Shown here: one piece after another, positions 24,564-38,800 of the stretch
Layout: the number at the start of each line of letters is the position of its first letter
Position numbering within the stretch: position 1 is the first letter of the stretch
Assembly: GCA_051362555.1 (NCBI GenBank)
Contig: CM120640.1
Coordinates: forward strand, 59,002,788 to 59,066,787
Direction of reading: 5' to 3'
Source: Lingula anatina
Lineage: Eukaryota > Animalia > Brachiopoda
DNA length: 64,000 nucleotides
Translations under genes and position numbers: made by a program
The notes under the pieces: generated by a model
Told to the model about the DNA's origin: nothing
The model's database searches: none
The model's input: only the letters and a program-made list of their open reading frames with translations

Positions 24564-25030
24564 CCTACAAAATTATCCATAAAAAGGATCTAGAAAAAAA
24601 TCCAATTATGAATCATTTTGCTTTTTTGACTAAGTAATATATTCCTTGTTATAACAAAAAGCACTGAGATTGATTTTTATTAGCATATATGGTTCAATAG
24701 GACTGTCATATATAATTTTATTTTGATACACTAAATCCACTTTGGTTTACTACTGATATATGTACAGTACTGTAGATCAATCATATCAGATTTGTGCTGC
24801 TAACTTAAATTTTTACAATATTTCCTAAATCCAGAAAAAGGTGATCATTAATATAGTAATACACATTGCAATATAACTGTGAAATCATTCTAAATATATA
24901 TGGTCATATTGGAACATTAGATTGCACGTGTGAGTATGTGTGTGTGTGCACGCACAATTATTATTGCATTTGAACCTTATTAACTTTGAACTCTTCATTA
25001 TTTTTCGAAGTAACTGCATTTTGAGACCTG

Positions 25031-25049
25031 TTTATTTATTTATTTATTT

Positions 25050-25080
<31 letters not shown>
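25031..25080. repeat. (TTTA)n microsatellite in the P2X 3' region
   Basis: Directly visible. Confidence 0.9.
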
Positions 25081-25317
25081 TGCAAATTTCCTAGTATAAA
25101 AAAATTGATCATGCAGAAAGTATCTATATCTAATTCAACAAATATACATGTAAAAAGTGAGTGGCTTTTCAGTTTCTTTGCTTAATTCTTGTCAGTGCCA
25201 TACCCTGTTGTTTAATTAAGGAAGTGGTATTATTCAAATCTTTATATTTCATATGTTGTAAAAGGTATTTTATGGTACGTGTTAATAAAAAGTTATTGAT
25301 AAAATGTTGTTTGTTTT

Positions 25318-27333
25318 ATTGTACCACCAGTGTTAGCGCTGGCGGTACACATGGTTTCGGTCCCGTCCGGATCGTTCCGCCGGCTCCGCCGGACGGCTAC
25401 CGTTACCACTTCTCCTCCTAGACGGTAAGGGCCCCCGTACCCATCTCATGGATTTAGGTCACCTTTAATCTCAACTCGTTCCACGTAAAATTTGGGCTTT
25501 GTCGGTATTGGGGTCTGGGTGTGGCACTCATTACAATGCACCCTTGTCTAAAAATGGCAAAATTAAATGCTAATTATCTACCCTACGGAAGGAGTTATGG
25601 GAAAAATTTCTATAGATGGCTTTCCAAAAGTCATATGTGTAGATTTCAAATATACCCTTGGATTTGACCTTTCACCTTTACTTCAAGGTCAAATGGGCCA
25701 AAATTTTCAAAAAAATGAAATTTTTTACGAAAATAATTTTTTTTGCCCTGTTATTCAGACACTACACAGACTTAACCAATAATATTATTGGAAAGTGTTA
25801 CCCTTCAGGTCATCTTTCATCTCCATGAATTTGGGGTCAATCGGTGCATTTTCACAGGAGTAGCGGCCATAAGATACCGAAACTGAAAACTGTCTCTAAT
25901 TCGGGAACCGTTAATGCTAGAGACCCATTCTTTTTTGCATTTTGTAGAGCATGTAAAGCCCAACACTGGAGGTGGTCTCAGTTTTTTTGTATTCCATACG
26001 GTTTTCGAGTTACGCTGTATCAAAAAGTACATATTGGTGGTAAAAGCAAAATGTGCAGTACGGTAATGGATAATAAATTTTGAACTCTGGAAAAATAAAA
26101 CAAAAGGCTTGGCAAAGCAGACAACTTGTGTTCAAAAATGACATTATTTCATCAAATTTGAACTTCTGAAACTTCAGAGCACCTCCTATTTCAAGAATTT
26201 TGACCAAAATGACATTTTCTTTATTTTAATTAATTTTTTCTGTACGAAATTTAAGGCACATTATGGTAACTCCAAAATTATAACATTTAGTCCCTTATAT
26301 CTCCAAAACTGGCAGAGATAGGTCCATAGTTACTATTGAAGTTGAATAGGAAGTCATATACTGGCAATCTTACTGTGACCTTGAAATTGACCTTTGACCT
26401 ACTTTTCACCATGAACTGAACTTTGCAAATTTTGCTTCCCTTTTATCTCCAAAACTGGCAGAGATAGGTCCATAGTTACTATTGAACTTGAATAGGAAGT
26501 CATATACTGGCAATCTAAATGTGATCTTAAAATTGACCTTTGACCTACTTTTCACCATGAACTGAACTTTGCAAATTTTGGTTCCCTTTTATCTCCAAAA
26601 CTTGCTGAGATAGGTCCATAGTTAGTATTGAACTTGAATAGAAAGTCATATACTGGCAATCTAAATGTGACCTTGAAATTGACCTTTGACCTACTTTTCA
26701 CCATGAATTGAACTTTGCAAATTTTGCTTTCCTTTTATCTCCAAAACTGGCAGAGATAGGTCCGTAGTTACTATTGAACTTGAAAAGGAAGTCATATACT
26801 GGCAATCTATATGTGACCTTAAAATTGACCTTTGACCTACTTTTCACCATGAACTGAACTTTGCAAATTTTGCTTTCCTTTTATCTCCAAAACTGGCTGA
26901 GATAGGTCCGTAGTTACTATTGAATTTGAATAGGAAGTCCTATACTGGCAATCTAAGTGTGACCTTGAAATTGACCTTTGACCTACTTTTTATCATGAAG
27001 TTAACTCTGCTAATTTCTTTCTCTTTAACTTCAAACTTGACAGAGATAGGTCCATGGTTACTCTTGAACTTGAATAGGAAGTCATATACTGGCAATTTAC
27101 TGTGACCTTGAAATTGACCCTTGACCTATCTTGCGAAGAACTTAAATTTGATTGTACCATATATATTTTTTGCAATAGTTTAAAAATTCTTGTTGATTGC
27201 ATTTTTACAGATTGTCAAGCACAAAACTGGTGGCTGTGTCCCTTATTTTGTGTATGTGGGGGTCTATACGAATGCGCTTGCTCCAGCTGGTGGTACAATA
27301 TTCGGAGGCGGTATCGCCTCTCTGATTCTCTAG
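25318..27333 (+). mobile_element. HINE family 1 copy C (complete), between P2X and NUP205
   Basis: 5' attgtaccaccagtgttagcgctggcggtac, about six 146-bp units (~26300-27130), subterminal inverted repeat, 3' hairpin and CTAG. Inserted ~30 bp after AATAAA at 25284. Confidence 0.85.
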
Positions 27334-27793
27334 TTTTTTGTGATTTAAGTATACCTAGTTGTGATTTCAGTAAATTCAGTGCACTGTCTTCAGTACTTTT
27401 TTGCTATTTGTGACCTCACACCTTCAGGTTCATATACTTTACCTCAGACACATCAGGTAGAGCCAATGTACAAATAACCTAGCTAGCTACCTAGTAGGAA
27501 AAAAAGATTTCCAATCATTCAGTTTTCCCATGTACTACCAAGGAGTTATAACTCCTTGGTACTACATAAATAGAACTGTTATATGTGTTTTTATATAACT
27601 ACAGTAGTTCATGATCAAGGTAAGTTCATATCATTATCAAACAAGTTATTACGTTATCACTGACATTTACGTGTTTTTGTGGAAAAGGGCAGTGATCATT
27701 TGCAACGTAGTTTGGTTAAACGAAACATGAGCTTATCTTGGCATATTTTATCCAATGGACTTCAAGAGATATATTTTGCCCGATCCTCGAAAT

Positions 27794-30700
27794 ATGGCGA
27801 ACAGCATGGCGCTAAATTCAGGTAAAGTTTGTGAAAGTTACGACAAATCGTGCATCAGTGATTTAGTTGATTATCAATTGATGATGTGTTTTTGTACTAT
27901 GAGTGAACGCGCAATACGACCAAGCCAAGACATATAGACAATCGGCATCGGCCTAAGTGAAAAAACATTTATAAGATAATGTGCTCGCAGTTTCATTTCA
28001 ATGCATTTCCACATTGTTGACGCCGGTGAAATAACAAATATGACGCTCCGCTTTTAACCTAAATATAGGAAATTTGACATGAAATTTAGCATTTTCTAAA
28101 TATTTATATAAGGATGAAGATTAATATAACTAACAAGATTTGCAGTATTTTTAGTTTTTGTGTTGTCTATTTCCAAATAGTTGGCTCAATTTCCTCATTC
28201 CACATCGGTGGTCCATATGATTAAGGTCGCGCGGCCCGTCTTGAGTGCCCCTGACTTCTAACGTTATTTAAGTTTTTAAAAGACTATATATGTTCACTGC
28301 TGTGCCCGAGTCTGAAAGATATAGATAAAGTAATAATGTGAAATAATTTCTGCTCCTGTGACAGCTCTATTTCAGAAGTTCTTTTCCCCCTTATCTCTCA
28401 ACTTCATATATATATATATCATTTTGCTATAAAAAGTGTACTAGTAGGGATTTTGTTGAGATAAATTTTGAGAAAATGTTTTTACAGATCATGATATTGC
28501 TTGGCTAATCTGCCTTCTGGTATCCATTAATCTCACTAGATTTACTGTCATTGTGTGCATGGTTTTCACTTACTAGAAATGTTATTATTAAAGAATTCTG
28601 CTCTGACTATAACATGCTCAGTAGGGGGAAAACCCAGGCTATCTCACATTCCAGTCAATCAATTCTGGATATTTAATGTATTACACAGAACTTAATAAAG
28701 ATCAGTATTTACAAACAAGATTAGATTAAAAAACAATAATAAAAATCTTTCAAATAATTTTTTATGAAAGTCCCTAACATAAAGTTTTATAGAGTATTAT
28801 ATATATGTTTTATTTCAGGTGCCAGTGTCTGGGTGCCATACAAAGAACTTTACACGCTGGTACATACTGCCATAACACGCAAGCAATCTGATGCCATCCA
28901 TGATTTGGAAGTTGCACTCAGGAGACATAAACCAAACTTTATAAACCTCTTGCAGAGCCCAGTAAGTATTGCAGTATGTATAATTAATATCTGATGGTAT
29001 TGTGATTTTGAAAATTGTTTTTATTTGTCATATTCATTTTATGTTTCTATGAAGGACTGAAACACCAGTAAAAGAAAGGATCCTTGAGTACATCATCATT
29101 GGTTTTCTTTAATGAATTTTAAACCAAACTTTAATTATTTGATGAAAGTATCTGTGGTTGCAGTTGTCATTGTGCACTATAAGAATATTGCACACATGCC
29201 TGTGGAATCATTCATATGAGTAACAGTTTTGTATATTTTCATTACATTTCATTTCATTTCATCAAAACTTTTTATGATGTAACTTAGTAAGTTTTTTTTC
29301 TTACCATGTTCTCAGGCAAAGGACGGCGCACAGCGAGAGACTGTGAAGAAGGCCACAACTGAGGGTATCACTATACAGGGCCAGCAGGGAACACAGACAC
29401 TGTCTCAACAGTTCATAGATGAAGCCATCATTCTTAGCGATCTTTTTAACCTCAATGAATATGCAGCAGTAGAACTGCTAATGGCTGGTAAGAAACATGG
29501 TCAGATCTAAATTTTGTGTGAAAATATATAGTTTGTGAGATATGTGTGAAGTTATAACAATTTTTTTATTGATCCCATTTGTATTATACTGTGATCAAGT
29601 TATGAGTATTAGACAGCTAAAGTGACTTTATCACACATGCACACATGCACGCACGCACACATTTAGAATATGTGATAAATTTTTTGATGTGATGATACAA
29701 AGTATGACGTATTCTTTATCTTAGGGCAGGGATTTTTGTCACAATCATTCCTACACCTCCAAGTTAGCATGCCTATTATTACAGCACATTTTCCTCATTT
29801 GAAACCCTTTGATTTATCAAGGTGAAAATCAGCTGCCCAACTTTCCTGGTCTCACTCGTGGACTTGTTGCTGTCATTTTGTATTATGATGGCCGGCGTAA
29901 CATGGTCAGCTGTCTGAGGACACTTATTCAGGCCAGGACAGGCAGGACATGGACCCTGGACTTGCCCACAGATTTAGAAAACCTGGTCATGAAGTTCACA
30001 GACCAAATAATGGAAGAAGGACTGACCAACAAAATTTTGAGTATGTATCGATTATGGGTATTATTTTTTTCTGTGCCAAAGATAGCCTATATCATAATAA
30101 TAGTAAGGTCTTAAAATAGAACATATTTTGTAGAAGTTGTGACTTGTCGAAAGTAAACAAATGTCATTTATGCAAATATAAAAAGGTGATGTTAATTCTG
30201 TTTGATTTTTAAAGCAGAATTTTTGATCCTTGCTGTTGCCTTTGATTCCATTGTTTGTAGTTTGTTATAAAGAGAATAAAGTGTTATCATTTATATGTAA
30301 TGGTTTTAGGTCTTATCACCGAGATGGATATAACAAAAGAGATGGACAAATTACAAAGAGAAAGAGCACTGGGAAATGCCAAGCACAAAAAACAGGTTAA
30401 AATTCCAGAAAGAAAGCTTGATTTTACATTAACATTTCTGTCATTTTTCAGAGAAAGACTTTCGCATGTTAGTTTTACATGTTTCTAATTAAGTGCAGAA
30501 CATTAAAAAAAATAGCCAAACCATCAATACTTAAATCAGGACATGCAAAGCAAACATGTGGTAAGCATCTAGTTTTAACTTTGATGAATATTTCATTATC
30601 TAGGTGACAGATCTGTATAAAGAAACCCAGTTGCTGTTGGCTGAATGTTTGTATTGCTGGGCAGGACAAGCACCACTACCAAAACAAGACACCTCTCAGC

Positions 30701-32785
30701 TTCTGGACCACTTGAAGAGAGATAACAGGACAAATCCAGATGGTACAATTGACAGTGTTACCATGGCATTGTTAATGGCACTGTTGTACTGCATTGATGT
30801 CAGTGTATTAGATAGAGAGAATTCTGAAGGTGAGTTTTTAACTAATACAGAGGCATTTGTACTTTATGATTGGTATAACTAACATGGTTGGGATGTTGGA
30901 ATTATCCTGTGATGTGAGATGTTTAAATCCACATTTAAAAAAACACCACATTGAAAACTGTCGAATGAGAATTGTTTGACAGGAATATAACACCGTCATT
31001 AGAATGTTTTTCAAGGTCTGGTTATTTGATTATATATATTTTTTGTACAGTTTTGGACAGATTGTGATATGGTATTATTATAAAGCAAAAGTAAATTGTT
31101 AATATAAGCTTAAGATATTGTTCGTAGCCTAAAGCATTATGTTTTATGAGGAAAATTTTACTCTAGTTTGATTCCCAAAATATATTTGATCATTTGTGTG
31201 AACATCCACATTTTTTTTCATGAACAAAAGTAAAAAAAAATCCAAATATTAAATCACCCTATTGATTATTTTCCAGATGTGTCTTCAGAGCTCCCAGTGT
31301 TCACTGATGATACATATGTGACCACTTTACACCAGGACATAATGTCTGATCAGGCGTGGGAGAATCCTGGTCTAAAGGCTGTGGTCCAGTTTGCCTGGGC
31401 ACAAACACTGAGAAAACTCTCACAGCAGACCAATGGACAAGGTAGTGCTGATAACCACCTGATGTGGTTGATGATACTTGTCCTTTGTTTGTGCGTATGA
31501 TCTAGAAAAAGATAATAGTTAAACTTCAGAGTCAAGAAGCAAAGGTTTCTTTGTGTGTATTGATTTCTTTTCGTTAATTTACTTCCTGGGTGGGTATTTA
31601 TATAGGAAAAAAAAGACTACATTCCTATATGTTTAGTCTCATGTATCTAGAGTGAGGTATATAATTGTGATTTTTGAACAAGTGCATTGTATAGTGTATA
31701 AATATAAGTATAATAATTTCAGCAATTTATTTGAGTAAACATGTTACAGAATTCCTCTCTTCAATAATTGCAATGGTGGCAATTATAATTTTTCCTGTAT
31801 TTCAGCTTGGAGTGAGTGTTGTGAAGATGATGAATATGTAGTTGACATGGCTGTGGACAACAATGTTTTCTTTTTCCTTTGTGACTCTGTCATTGGATCA
31901 GCTAACTTTCACAGTGAGGTAGGTGTTTAAATGAGTTACACCATATGTTGAAGTCAATAGGACTACCTTGAAAGTTTGACAAATTGCAGTTGTAGATAAT
32001 TGTTCGACATTGTCTCATGCATGTATGACAGCATTGCCTCATACCTGTATGATGGTGAGTATTGCCACATATATGTTTGACAAATATCAATTTGAAAGTG
32101 ATTATTGATTAACCTTAAGAATTTAATTGATTTGATATAATAGTTATGTGCAGTTTTTTGTTTTTATATTCAAAGATGTGGTTAAACCAATATATCTCAA
32201 AGTGAATTCAAAAACAGTATAAATGTTGCTACACTGGATGGTTAAAATTACTACCCACATCTTTGGTCAGGAGTTTTACTTGCGGAGAATCCACGGCCTG
32301 GTCACAGACTTTATTATCCAGATGCCATTGAAGGTGAAGGAGTTGCGAAATCGTGGAGATGAAACTGCACGTATTATCATGGCCCATGTTCTTGAAGGCG
32401 TGGAACCTCCATCTGGAATAAAGAGGGATTTTGAACATCTCATGCGATTGGTGAGCTTCAGCCTTAGGGATTTGGTTTTGTTGTGATTATTAATTACATT
32501 CCTACGTATGTTGGTTTGTTGATATTTTCTATTACCTAGTTAAATGAATGCATAGCTTTGGTTGTCATATATGAACCATCATTTTTCTTTAATGTAGTTG
32601 TTTATTCATCTTAAACCAAGAAAGACCAGAGTTAAAACCTCAATGTCTGTTAGATTGCAGACCTGTATGTGAAGGACCCCCTGAACCTAGAGCTGGCTCT
32701 AGAATACTGGTGCCCACCAGAGCCAGTCCAGACAGGTGCTAGCTTCTCCAGTGTATATCACTACCGTCCTCCACAGAGACAAGTA

Positions 32786-32828
<43 letters not shown>

Positions 32829-35800
32829 TATATTCAGCCATTGCATATATATATTTTAAAACACATAAAAGGGCAATTGTTTTACCATTGTTGCAGATGA
32901 GATGAATAAATGTAGGACAAGAAAAAGAAAAATAAATAGAGGCTTTGAAAAGATAACATCAAGAACAAAATATTTTCCTTTTTTATAGTCTCATGATAAT
33001 GCTTTGCTTTCAGTAATGAATGTGCAGTAGTTGATGTGCTTTTTTGTAAATGCAAGTTAAGATGGTGCATGTATTTTATTACTTATCAACTTGGCTGATT
33101 TAATATTGTTATTATTCTGCTTTCTCTGAATAATTCAGTTACAGTAGTTTATAAATGTGATATATTTTTGCCACTGAAATATTTTTTAGATCAGCCTATT
33201 CAAGTTTGTTCGTCTAGCTGGTGATCTCCTCCCTGCCTCTCTGTATATCCCTTACATAAATATGTTGACTGGACTGGCCAATGGACCCCAGTGTGCTCAC
33301 CACTGCTTCAATCTCCTCAAAAGCAATGCTATGGGAGGTGAGCACTGGTCACAACTACCACAATTTTTACACCCAACACAATGCATTCACCTGAGTCAGT
33401 AATTAATCACATGCTGCCATATAGGGAAAGTCAATAGGGAAAGTCACAACTCACATCAACCACATTAAAATTCAGTGAAAGTTGTGAATAATAAGATAAC
33501 AATATCATATTTTACGCTACATGGTTCCCCAAGTTACAGTATCCAGATTCAGGTTACCAACATTTTACTAGCACACACTGACCTGCAAGATTTTTTTCGT
33601 ATTTCTCCAGGCGGCCATGCCAGCACTGTATCATGGGACCATTTTTTCCTGTCACTGAACCAATATTACAGCAGCCTACGCCAGGAGGTGGTGACATCTG
33701 TAGAAACATCACATATTCCCAAGCCTATACCCAGGAACATTACACAGCAAGAACTGGAAGGACTAATAGCAGTACTGCAGCTTACTAGACAAGTAGCAGA
33801 CCAGGTTTGTATTGGATGGGTCTAAATTGGTTGTTTGTATTAGTTTTCTTCTTTACATGAACTAACCAACTAAGATTTTACAGGAGGTTTGTACAAATAA
33901 AACTGTCATAACAATACACAACAAATCTTGAAATGAAAAAAGGAGAAAATCTGTATTCAAAATCCCAATTCAGTTTTTTTTAAATGGAATTAAGTTGGAT
34001 GTTCAAATGTTGATTCAATCACAGAACTAGACTTCCTGTGTGTGTATGTATTGAAGGAAATCACACTATGATGAGTAACTGTATCTAAATCCCCTTGCTA
34101 TATTTCAGGATGAAAGTTCCAGAGTCTCCCTGGTGGAGAACCCACAGTGGCTGCCAGTGGTGATAATGTTTGGATTGGTTGGCTGTGCCATCCCTCCCAC
34201 TCTGAAGGCTGAACTCCTCCTCACTCTCTCAGCATTTGGTAAAACAGCAGAAATTGCAGCCAGTCTGTGGCAGTCCTTAGAGGTTTCACAGGTAGACATT
34301 AATTTTAGACCATAACAGGGTCTTCTATGTGGCTATCAAAGAAGTATGCTTTAGCCTGTTTGTTATAGCACACTCCATAAGAAACCCATCTTGATGCATT
34401 TCATGTGGCATATAGACTGTTTGCCGTGCCATGTTAAGTTATTGGTATACAATGTCTCGGAGTGTTTTTAAAATCAGTATTAGTAGATATGTATTGGTAC
34501 ATATTAATATGTTATTTCCAGATATTACCTACTCATGGTCAGCCAGGAGGGTTAAAGGTGTGTATTTAACTTGTATAGCATTGTTATTCTATGCAAATTA
34601 GTGAATGGTAGCAGAAGTTGTAACAGTAAAAAGGTAATCATGGATTGTTTTGAATGCATTTTATAACTATATTAATCACCAGTGGATGGTGTTAGAAAAT
34701 CATCAGCCACAATACTCAGACAACACACAAGCTTATCATTATCAACATCATTCACACCTCTTTATCAATGGCCCAGGTTGAGCTGGATGAAGTAGAGTCC
34801 AGGAATGAAGAGTTCCCCATGGTACGTGCCTTCCTTGACCTGCTGGGTACCCTGACAGATATCCCAGTGCCTGCAGGACTGGGGGCAGGCTACAGGGCTC
34901 CAGGCTTTGAACCGTACCTGGAATTCGTAAGGGATGATGTGTTTCATAAATTTACTACCAGAGCATATAGGAATGCTGGAGAGAAGGTAAGTTGATGTGG
35001 AGGATTGTGGGTTGAACTTAAATGTTATATGATACACTGCCTAAGTGACTTTGACAATAAATGGTCATAAACATACATGACAAGACCTGGAATAATTATA
35101 TGTTATTTAATATTTGATATTAAATATGTACTCTTTGCATGTGATGTATATAATGAATGAAAAACTGGGCAGGTGTATTTTCATTGCTTTAAATAGTGTT
35201 GAATCCATTGATGTCTCTGCTTACCTCATATAACAGTGTTGAATATGAAACACTTCAGTGGGATGTATCAGCAGCCACCCTTGAAGTCCTTTACAAACTT
35301 CTGAAGGACCATGAGGTCAGAGCTGACCACTTCCTTGACCACCATGTGGAGGTTCAGGGTGGAGGAACAGTGCCTGCAGCCAAGCCTCCAGGACACAGCC
35401 TGCTAGTGCACATGCTGAATGATGGGGCTTTTCTAAGAATGGTACAACTGTCTTTATTAAATTATTTACTCCTATGATGTAGCATTCCCCCCCCCCCCCC
35501 CCCCCCCCCCATTATGTCTTTGGCTGCATTTTTATTTTCTTTTTCAATAAAAAAGAGAAAATTATAGATTACACCTCAGCTGACTTTTTTCTCATCAGAA
35601 TAAGTTGGAATAAAAGTGGCAGAGAGCTATAAACCCTGAAAAGACATTACAGAGGGGAAAATATTACAACGCATTCTTTTTAATCAGTGTAAATAACTAA
35701 TTTCACTGAATCACTGTAAAAAACCTTACCATTAAGCAAGAATTTGTGCTACTCTGCCCCAGGTATTGTAAATTCACATATGTTTTTTTTCTTCAGATAC

Positions 35801-38800
35801 TGTACATCACAGATGAAGCCAACAGGTTACTTGGAATGTACACCCCATTCCCAGGTAGTGTAATAGCAACTAGAGAGAATTATTACAGTGAAAGATTTTA
35901 GAGATGTTTTCAAGCAGACATTCCTGCAATTTAATAACACTTACCTAAATTTTATGATATAAATTAACTTTTTACTTCATTATAAGACAAATAATTTGCA
36001 ATTTCAGTCCAAAAAATCATTTTCATCTTTTAATGACATTGTACACAAGCTATGATTAAAGGCATATTTTTTATCTTTAAGGTAAAGAGAGTCTAGAGAG
36101 AACTGCATTGTTGTGCCTCAAAATGATGGAGTCCACCCTGGAGAAGCAGTCCCAGTTCTTTGATGTCCTGAGGGACAGTGGTACCTCCCTGATTGTGTCT
36201 CCATTAGATAAGTTACTGATGGGAATCAACCCAAGGAGTGGTGTGGCCGACCATCTGGTCAATGTTACCAAGTAAGATATGGTATATTAAGTGAAGCTAT
36301 AGTAGATATGTTTTGGTATACCAGTATCAGATAATAGACTTTTTTTTAATACAAGGCAAAGCTAACCGTTTGTATGCTTTTTTAGTGCAATTATGATGCT
36401 TAAGTCATGTGGTCTATGCCAAAAATATTACACATTCTGTAGTCAGATTACTTGAACACTTTTCCTCTATAGTTTATAAATAGACCTTTTTTAGACAACA
36501 GGGTTCTTTTGAAAGGACCATGTAAATACTTCATTTTTCTAATTAAAAAAATGATGGTAAATGATTTGTTACTTGACTTTATTTTTCAGGTTTGTTACAT
36601 ACAAGAATTTCCTACCTGAACACTCTCTGTCAGCAGTAAAGATTCTGTGTTGGGTGTGCCAGTCAGCTCTAGTGCAGCCAGAACTTGTGGGCATGTTTAC
36701 TGCTCAGCAGGTAGGTCTTCCCTTCCCTACCTACTTCTCTCTCTCTCTCTCTCACCCTCTCTCTCTCTTCTGACCTCTCCTCTCCTCTTATTAGGAATAT
36801 TGACACTATATTGATGATGCAGTGATGTTTGTTTGTAATTCTTATATTTTTTCAGTCTGTATCCAGAGACCTGCTTCATGGCTTTGTGGAATGCCTAGAC
36901 TCAGATGATATTGAAGAAAAAGATGAAGGCCAGGAAGAACAAGGTCAGTTCAATAGCAGTTTACAGATATGAATATATCTGTAAACTGCTATTGATATGA
37001 ATATATTTGTTAAAAATTTCAACAAAAACTGAAGTATTAAAAACATTCCAGTGCAATATGGACTTCTCTAGGATTTCATTTTAAAGCTTAGCTTATTAGT
37101 ACCACCAGCATGTACGCTGGCGGTACTCATGGTTTTAGTCCTGACCCATCTCTTACAGCTCAGCTGGCTCCTGCTGTTTCTGCGGCTCCGCAGGATGGCG
37201 TGGGATACAAGTCACCATTACCGCTTCTCCTCCTAGACCACAAGGACCTGTGTCCTCATCTCCTGGATTTAGGTCACATATAATCTCAACTTGAACCCCC
37301 AGGTTTTTTTGTCTCAGTCGGTGCATTGGCCTGGGTGTGACGCTCGTTGAAACGCACCCTTATCAAAATTTTTGAAAATTCAATGCTAAATATCTCCCAA
37401 ACCGATGGAATTATGGGAAAATTTCTACAGATGGCTGACCGAAAGTCATATGTGAGGATTTCAAATATGCTCTTGGATTTGACCTTCAACCTTTATTTCA
37501 AGGTCAAAGGGGCCCAAATTTTCTAAAAATGGGAATTTTTTGAGAAAAAAATTTTATTTCAGCCGATTTTTAGAAACTAAACAGATCTTACCTATAATAT
37601 TATGGGCAGGTGTTACCCTTAGGGTGATCTTTCATTTTCTTGAGTTTGGGGTCAATCGGTGCATTTTCATGGTAGTAGCGGCCATTAGGTGCCGAAACTG
37701 AAAACTCTCTCTAATTCTGGAACCGTTAATGCTAGAGACCTCTTGTTTTTTGCATTTTGTAGATTTTGTCAAGTGCAATACTGGGGGCAGTGTCCATTTT
37801 TTTGTTTTCTGTATGGCTTAGGCGTTGCACTATATCAAAAAGTTCAACATCCAATATTCACTGGTGAAAGTAAAATGTGAAATACTCAAAAATAAACAGA
37901 GATACGCCCATAGTTACTATTGAACTTGAATAGGAAGTCATATACTGGTAATCTAACTGTGACCTTGAAGTTGACCTCTGACCTAATTTTCACCATGAAC
38001 TGAACTTTGCAAAATTTCCAGCCCTTATATCTCAAAAAATGGCAGAGATACGTCCATAGTTACTGTTGAACTTGAGTGGGAAGTCATATACTGGCAATCT
38101 AACTGTGACTTTGAAATTGACTTTTGACCTACTTTTCACCATGAACTGAACTTTGCAAAATTTTTCTCCCTTATATCTCGAAAACTGGCAGAGTTACGCC
38201 CATAGTTACTATTGAACCTAAATAGGAAGTCATATACTGGCAATCTAACTGTGACCTTGAAATTAACCTTTGACCTACTTTTTATGATGAACTGTACTTT
38301 GCATGTTGTCTAGCCTTTATATCTCCAAAATTGGCAAAGAAATGCCCATAGTTACTATTGAACTTGAATAGGAAATCATATACTGTGATCTTGAAATTGA
38401 CCTACTTTTTCACCATGAACTGCACTTTGCATTTTATCTTGCCCCTCATATCTTCAAAACTAGCAGAGATATGCCCAGTGTTGCCTTTTTTTTTTTTTTT
38501 TTTTTTTGCATATTTTGATAATTCTTGTTTATTGCATAGAGCTTGTCAAACACAAGACTGGTTGTGCTGTCCCTTTTCTTTGGGGGGGGTTCCTTTCGAA
38601 TGCGCTTACTCCAGCTGGTGGTACAATATCTGGAGGCGGTATCGCCTCTCTGATCCTCTAGTTTAGGACATTGGTTAATGGTTATTTCAACAACTTGTCT
38701 CAACAGAGGATTAGAAATTCAACAAATATGTAAAATGGATTATTTCCTATAGATTTTGAAGAGTTACTTCACCTATAAATTGCTGCCACTAATATCCCCT

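Noticed and set aside
25318-27333. Autonomous transposon coding capacity (Rep/helicase, transposase, RT)
   Set aside because: No long ORF or catalytic motif in any repeat copy; all appear non-autonomous.
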